In this document: piece after piece, positions 63,511 through 64,000 of the stretch
Layout: the number at the start of each line of letters is the position of its first letter
Numbering within the stretch: position 1 is the stretch's first letter
From: Octopus bimaculoides
Taxonomy: Eukaryota
Length of the DNA: 64,000 bases
Reading direction: 5' to 3'
Assembly: GCF_001194135.2 (NCBI RefSeq)
Contig: NC_068985.1
Coordinates: 70,803,601 to 70,867,600, forward strand
Translations under genes and position numbers: made by a program
The notes under the pieces: model-generated
Told to the model about the DNA's origin: nothing
The model's input: only the letters and a program-made list of their open reading frames with translations
Database searches by the model: none

Positions 63511-64000
63511 CTTCTAAGGGGAAAACGTTTGCTTGTTATGGGAACAGTATGTGAAATATCTCTGTCATAATTAGTTAACAGATAGGTCTTTTCCCACGAA
63601 GAAACGTTATTCGTGTGTCTATTAAAAACGGTAGATATACTGCTCACAGATCTTTTCTGTCCATATTTAAACACCAATAAGAAGAAAAAAAATGCCTCAT
63701 CATTTACGGTATTATTTGAAATACTTCTCGTATAGAATCTTGTTCCCTTTCTATTCTAGTTATTTCTAATATTATTACTCTGTTTCTCTCTCTTTACCTA
63801 TCTATCTGTCTATCTATTAATTTATCCGTCCCTCTATGTATGCACTCTAGCTATACACTCTACCAGCCTCACATTGCATTTATCTATCCTACCCTGTTTC
63901 TCCCCTCATCGTTTAATGCATATATACAGTATGCGCGTGCCAGAAAGAGATAGAATGGGGAGTAGTGTAAGTGTCTAATCGTGTGTTTGTTTGTGTGTGT

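Overview
This is eukaryotic, AT-rich, repeat-saturated draft-assembly DNA. About 15 large N-gaps are present, most bordered by dinucleotide tracts. The repeat families and microsatellite load look like a cephalopod, probably an Octopus genome; this is inferred from recognising the repeats, not from a search. I found no convincing host protein-coding exon, rRNA, tRNA gene or CRISPR. Almost all long entries in the ORF track are artefacts of microsatellites or N-runs. Real coding remnants all belong to retroelements. (i) Several Penelope-like elements (PLEs) are present. Two are 5'-truncated copies with inverted pseudo-LTRs, at 43.9-46.1 kb and 48.5-51.3 kb. The second looks Naiad-like, keeps a ~405-codon open frame, and carries a near-canonical minimal type I hammerhead ribozyme in each arm. 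(ii) There are restriction-like-endonuclease LINEs (R4/Dong-like), some embedded in (TAA)n tracts. (iii) An RTE 3' fragment, at least three tRNA-derived SINE families (one forming same-orientation arrays) and Helitron-like termini also occur. The most unusual unexplained structure is a ~0.9 kb fold-back at 14.1-15.0 kb. It is built from a ~520-bp circularly permuted unit whose inversion point sits on a perfect 16-bp palindrome. Everything here is judged by eye, and family names need database confirmation.
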